NCBI GenBank assembly: GCA_965237675.1 | Contig: OZ250150.1 | Span: 4,160,001-4,224,000 of the forward strand | Direction of reading: 5' to 3' | DNA: 64,000 nucleotides | From: Candidatus Latescibacterota bacterium | Lineage (GTDB): Bacteria > Latescibacterota > UBA2968 > GCA-2709665 | Shown: one piece after another, positions 60,639 to 64,000 of the stretch | Position numbering within the stretch: the stretch's first letter is position 1 | Layout of the letters: each line of letters begins with the position of its first letter | The notes under the pieces: model-generated | The model's database searches: none | Seen by the model: only the letters and a program-made list of their open reading frames with translations | What the model was told of the DNA's origin: nothing | Translations under genes and position numbers: made by a program

Positions 60639-61553
60639 ATGCCGGATATCAACTTGTCCGAATGGGCTTCGCTGGCAACAGAACAACGAAATCCTGCCAG
60701 CGCGCGCATCGACGAAGCCCCCACCCTGCGGATCCTCGAGGTCCTCAACGCGGAAGACCACAGGGTACCGCAGGCGGTGAACGCCGTTCTGTCGCAGGTC
60801 TCGGAGGCCGTCGACCTTGTGGTCCGGGCGATCCGGAACGGCGGCCGGCTCTTCTATGTCGGCGCCGGAACCAGCGGCCGGCTCGGTGTCATGGATGCCG
60901 CCGAGTGCCCGCCCACGTTTGGGACCCCGCCTGAAACCGTGCAGGGCATTATCGCGGGCGGCGACGGCGCGCTCCTCCGTGCCGCTGAACGCGCCGAGGA
61001 CCGGCCGGAAGACGGCGCGTCTGAACTACGCCGCCGGCATCTGTCGGCAAGAGATATCGTCATGGGTATCGCCGCCAGCGGTGTGACACCCTTTGTGCTG
61101 GGCGCGCTCGCGTACGCCCGTCGTCAGGGCGCGGCAACCCTCTTTTTCGCCTGTAACCCGGACGCGGCAGATCGGGTCGACGCGAAGATCAAGATTGTGC
61201 CGGAAGTCGGCCCGGAAGCCATCACGGGTTCCACCCGCTTGAAGGCTGGAACCGCCACCAAACTGGTGCTTAACATGATCACCACCGCGGCCATGGTCAA
61301 GCTGGGCAAGGTGTACGGAAATTTGATGGTCGATCTGACACCCACGTGCGCAAAACTGAACGACCGCGCACAACGGATCCTGATGGAAACAACAGGACTC
61401 TCCCGGGCAGCGAGCAAGGGGTTGCTCGCCGCGGCCGGCGACCTCAAGACCGCCATCGTCATGTCAAAACGGGCCGTCTCAAGGGAGACGGCCCGTCGGT
61501 TGCTCGCGAAGAACGACGGCATCGTGAAACTCGCGCTGGCGGATAGACCCTGA
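60639..61553 (+). CDS. murQ: N-acetylmuramic acid 6-phosphate etherase
   Basis: TEQRNPAS, GAGTSGRLG..DAAECPPTFG, GPEAITGSTRLKAGTATK, GKVYGNLMVD. Confidence 0.95.
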   Translation: MPDINLSEWASLATEQRNPASARIDEAPTLRILEVLNAEDHRVPQAVNAVLSQVSEAVDLVVRAIRNGGRLFYVGAGTSGRLGVMDAAECPPTFGTPPETVQGIIAGGDGALLRAAERAEDRPEDGASELRRRHLSARDIVMGIAASGVTPFVLGALAYARRQGAATLFFACNPDAADRVDAKIKIVPEVGPEAITGSTRLKAGTATKLVLNMITTAAMVKLGKVYGNLMVDLTPTCAKLNDRAQRILMETTGLSRAASKGLLAAAGDLKTAIVMSKRAVSRETARRLLAKNDGIVKLALADRP

Positions 61554-61559
61554 TTGGAA

Positions 61560-63116
61560 TTACGCGCGCGCTGATTTTTCTCCAATCGTTTCTCCAATCG
61601 TACTGTAGAAGGCTTTCACTATCCGATCCAGATGTACTTTGGCATTTTCCGCAGCGTCTCTATCGATCGTAAACTCCGATTTGCCTACCAGCTTCAGGCC
61701 GTGCCCGTAGTCGTCGAAAAACTTATGACAGAGCGCCTCAACCGACACCCCGTTGCGGGCGGCGGTTTCGGCAAGAATCGCTTTTGCTGTATCTGAAAAC
61801 CGTAACGAAATCCCGTACGCATTCAGAAAATGCGCCGCATAAGACGAGATTTCCCGTTGGACAAGCAGCTTTCGCAACGTCAGTGTCGGATTTTCCACAA
61901 CTTCAGAGGTGACAATCAACGAACGGATGTCGGTTGAAGGAAGGGCTTTTTCGAACTTCAGCAGTGCCCGTTCGCAGACACTCACCAGCGCTCGCGCCCC
62001 TGTCTGTTCCGTGGACGCCAGTTTCGCCAGGCGGCGCAGCGCGGCGTCTTCGAAGGTCAATTCAATACCGTACGCCAGAAAATCCCGCTTCTTTCCAAGA
62101 ATGACCGAACTGGTCGGGCTCTTCAGAATCTGATATAAATCCTCCACAGCGAGCGGTTCGAGCACGGCCACAACCGGCAGCCGGCCCACGAATTCGGACT
62201 CGAAACCGAACGCGATGAGGTCTTCCGTGACCGCCTGCTTCAGATAGGAAACGCGGTCCGCTTCATGGTTCTGTACCCGCTTTGTTTCGGCTTTGAATCC
62301 CAGGCTGTTTCGATTGAGCCGGCGTTTGACCAGATCCTCGAATCCGTTGAACGCTCCACTTACGATGAATAGTATATTTCGCGTATTGATTTTCTTGTGC
62401 TCCATCTTGCCGCTTTGCTGATATTGCATCATTGCTTCCATCTGAGAAGCCAGATCGTGCGGCGCTTTCAGGTCCACCTCGGTCTCTTCCATCAGTTTCA
62501 GGAGATTGCGCTGGACACCGCTTCGTGATACGTCGGGACCCACCGGATTGGGGGTTGAAGCGATCTTGTCGATCTCATCCACGTAGATGATACCGTACTG
62601 CGCTTTCTCGATGCTGCCGCCGGCCTCACGCACCAATTCGCGCACCAGATCTTCGACATCGCCACCCACATAGCCGGTTTCACTGAACTTGGTCGCATCG
62701 CCCTTCACGAAAGGCACGCCGATTCGATGGGCGATCAATTTGATAAGGTACGTCTTGCCCACCCCTGTCGGACCGATCAGCAGGATGTTGTTCTTGATGC
62801 TTCCCACGGAGAGGTGGGCAAAATCGGGATCGTCGCGATCCAGATTCATTCGGTTGAAGTGAGTGCAGATCTTGGTGGCCAGCACTTCCTTTGCCTCGTC
62901 CTGTTTGATCACGTACTCATCGAGAAAGGCCTCGAGTTCCTCCGGTTTCAAGTCAAAATCGATGGTCTCGTCCTGCGCTTCCTGCGTTCGCGGGCCTTCA
63001 TTGGTCCCTTCGGCCTCCGCTTGTGGAAACACAACCTGAGCCCCATACTTCTGCTCGATAAAATCTTTCAGATCCTTTTGGAGTTCCTTGGGATTCACGG
63101 GTCGCTGTTCCGGCAT
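61560..63116 (-). CDS. ClpX-like AAA+ ATPase lacking the N-terminal Zn-binding domain, with a C-terminal extension
   Basis: GPTGVGKT, ETGYVGGDVE, YVDEIDKI, DVSRSGVQ, SLGF loop, EFVGRLP, TGARAL; no Cys4 motif. Confidence 0.85.
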   Translation of the reverse strand: MPEQRPVNPKELQKDLKDFIEQKYGAQVVFPQAEAEGTNEGPRTQEAQDETIDFDLKPEELEAFLDEYVIKQDEAKEVLATKICTHFNRMNLDRDDPDFAHLSVGSIKNNILLIGPTGVGKTYLIKLIAHRIGVPFVKGDATKFSETGYVGGDVEDLVRELVREAGGSIEKAQYGIIYVDEIDKIASTPNPVGPDVSRSGVQRNLLKLMEETEVDLKAPHDLASQMEAMMQYQQSGKMEHKKINTRNILFIVSGAFNGFEDLVKRRLNRNSLGFKAETKRVQNHEADRVSYLKQAVTEDLIAFGFESEFVGRLPVVAVLEPLAVEDLYQILKSPTSSVILGKKRDFLAYGIELTFEDAALRRLAKLASTEQTGARALVSVCERALLKFEKALPSTDIRSLIVTSEVVENPTLTLRKLLVQREISSYAAHFLNAYGISLRFSDTAKAILAETAARNGVSVEALCHKFFDDYGHGLKLVGKSEFTIDRDAAENAKVHLDRIVKAFYSTIGETIGEKSARA

Positions 63117-63179
63117 CAATCTCCATCTCCGCATTGGGTCCGCACAAATTGGCAACCGACACACGTCTTTGGCCGTTTA

Positions 63180-63208
63180 ACAATACCAGGTCCAGCCGGA
63201 ATTGTCAA
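63180..63208 (-). promoter_or_regulatory. Sigma70 promoter for the clpX-like gene
   Basis: Minus strand TTGACA-N17-TATTGT. Confidence 0.6.
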
Positions 63209-63436
63209 GGAATTCAACCCTCAACCATCCACCTCATTCGGCCGCCGAACCCGCGGCAGTTTTCCTGCAAGCGGGCCGGCGGGAGGTCAGAAGGCGCCCT
63301 TCGACAAGGCACAATGGGTTCGCTCGGGCGGCAAATTCCAGCTATCGGAGGCAGCGAAGTCGATGATCCTGTTTCGGTGCCGCCAGAATGCGAACCGCAC
63401 GTACACACTTCAGACCCGGGATACGGACGTTCGCAT

Positions 63437-64000
63437 ATGAACCTCAGCTACTTCACACTGCGGGGTCTAAGCCTCGAACTGAACGAAATCCTACATGGAA
63501 AACGCGTCCGTCGCGCCGTCCTGTCCGGAACGTACGACCTCGTTCTCGAAACGACGGACGGTATCTGCCTGCTGCTCTCCGCCTCACCAACCACGGGCCG
63601 CCTGCAGCGGGTACATCGCCTTCCCGTGTCCGCACAGCCCCCTCCACCGTGGGTCGAACACCACCTTCGCAACTGCGTAATACGGGACATCTCGCAAGTC
63701 CCGCTGGAACGCATCCTGTCATTCATCCTGTTCAAACGCGACCGTCTGGGTGGAGAAAACCGATATCGTCTCTACGTTGAAATCATCGGCAGGAACAATA
63801 ACGTCATCCTGACCTCAGATCCGGCGCAGCGTATATTGGGGGCGCTGCGCCGCGTCAGCGGGAAAATGAGCCGGCAGCGGCGCATCCTGCCCGGCGAGAT
63901 ATATAGGCCGCCACCCGCACAGGACAGATTTTCACCTCACGAACTCACGCACGACGACCTCGCCAGGGCGTTCCGGCAACAGACAGCCCAACCGGTCCGG
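63437..64000 (+). CDS. rqcH: RqcH/NFACT (FbpA) family ribosome quality-control factor, running off the window end
   Basis: Manual translation MNLSYFTLRGLSLELNEILHGKRV...QVPLERIL...LYVEIIGRNNNVIL...RRILPGEIYRPPP matches NFACT-N motifs. Not in the ORF track. Confidence 0.85.
   Translation, partial: MNLSYFTLRGLSLELNEILHGKRVRRAVLSGTYDLVLETTDGICLLLSASPTTGRLQRVHRLPVSAQPPPPWVEHHLRNCVIRDISQVPLERILSFILFKRDRLGGENRYRLYVEIIGRNNNVILTSDPAQRILGALRRVSGKMSRQRRILPGEIYRPPPAQDRFSPHELTHDDLARAFRQQTAQPVR

Noticed and set aside
1-64000. CRISPR arrays, tRNA/rRNA genes, prophage, global stop-codon reassignment
   Set aside because: No spaced repeats, cloverleafs or phage structural genes seen; TAG, TGA and TAA all end intact genes at the expected positions.

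Overview
A GC-rich bacterial chromosomal window with about 45 coding regions. I found no rRNA, tRNA, CRISPR array, integrase or intact transposase. The gene mix (many Gfo/Idh/MocA and sugar enzymes, a double-length UvrA, a ClpX-like ATPase without its Zn-binding domain, RqcH) suggests an uncultured Latescibacterota/Gemmatimonadota/PVC-like organism; this is inference only. Content: small-molecule catabolism (GGT, core MetE, M20 amidohydrolase, acyl-CoA synthetase, FGGY kinase, PhnA), DNA repair (tandem UvrA, AlkD-like, OGG1-like), a small surface-glycan block (gmd, GT2, flippase, GT4), an RND pump-queC pair, a KamA-family radical SAM enzyme, UPF0182-murQ, and a clpX-like gene divergent from rqcH. 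The most striking feature is a module present at two loci: ABC half-transporters with an N-terminal PH-like domain plus CxxC-x10-CxxC ribbon, followed by DUF1854. There are three transporter paralogs, one split by a single in-frame amber codon, and no cyanophycin synthetase in the window. Other candidates are a Lys/Pro-rich 14-aa upstream ORF before the kamA-like gene, a Rieske-helical fusion protein, and an AT-rich islet encoding a membrane-anchored DUF4041/T5orf172 protein. Several deletion and frameshift scars missed by the ORF track are also reported. Family assignments come from motif recognition, not database searches.
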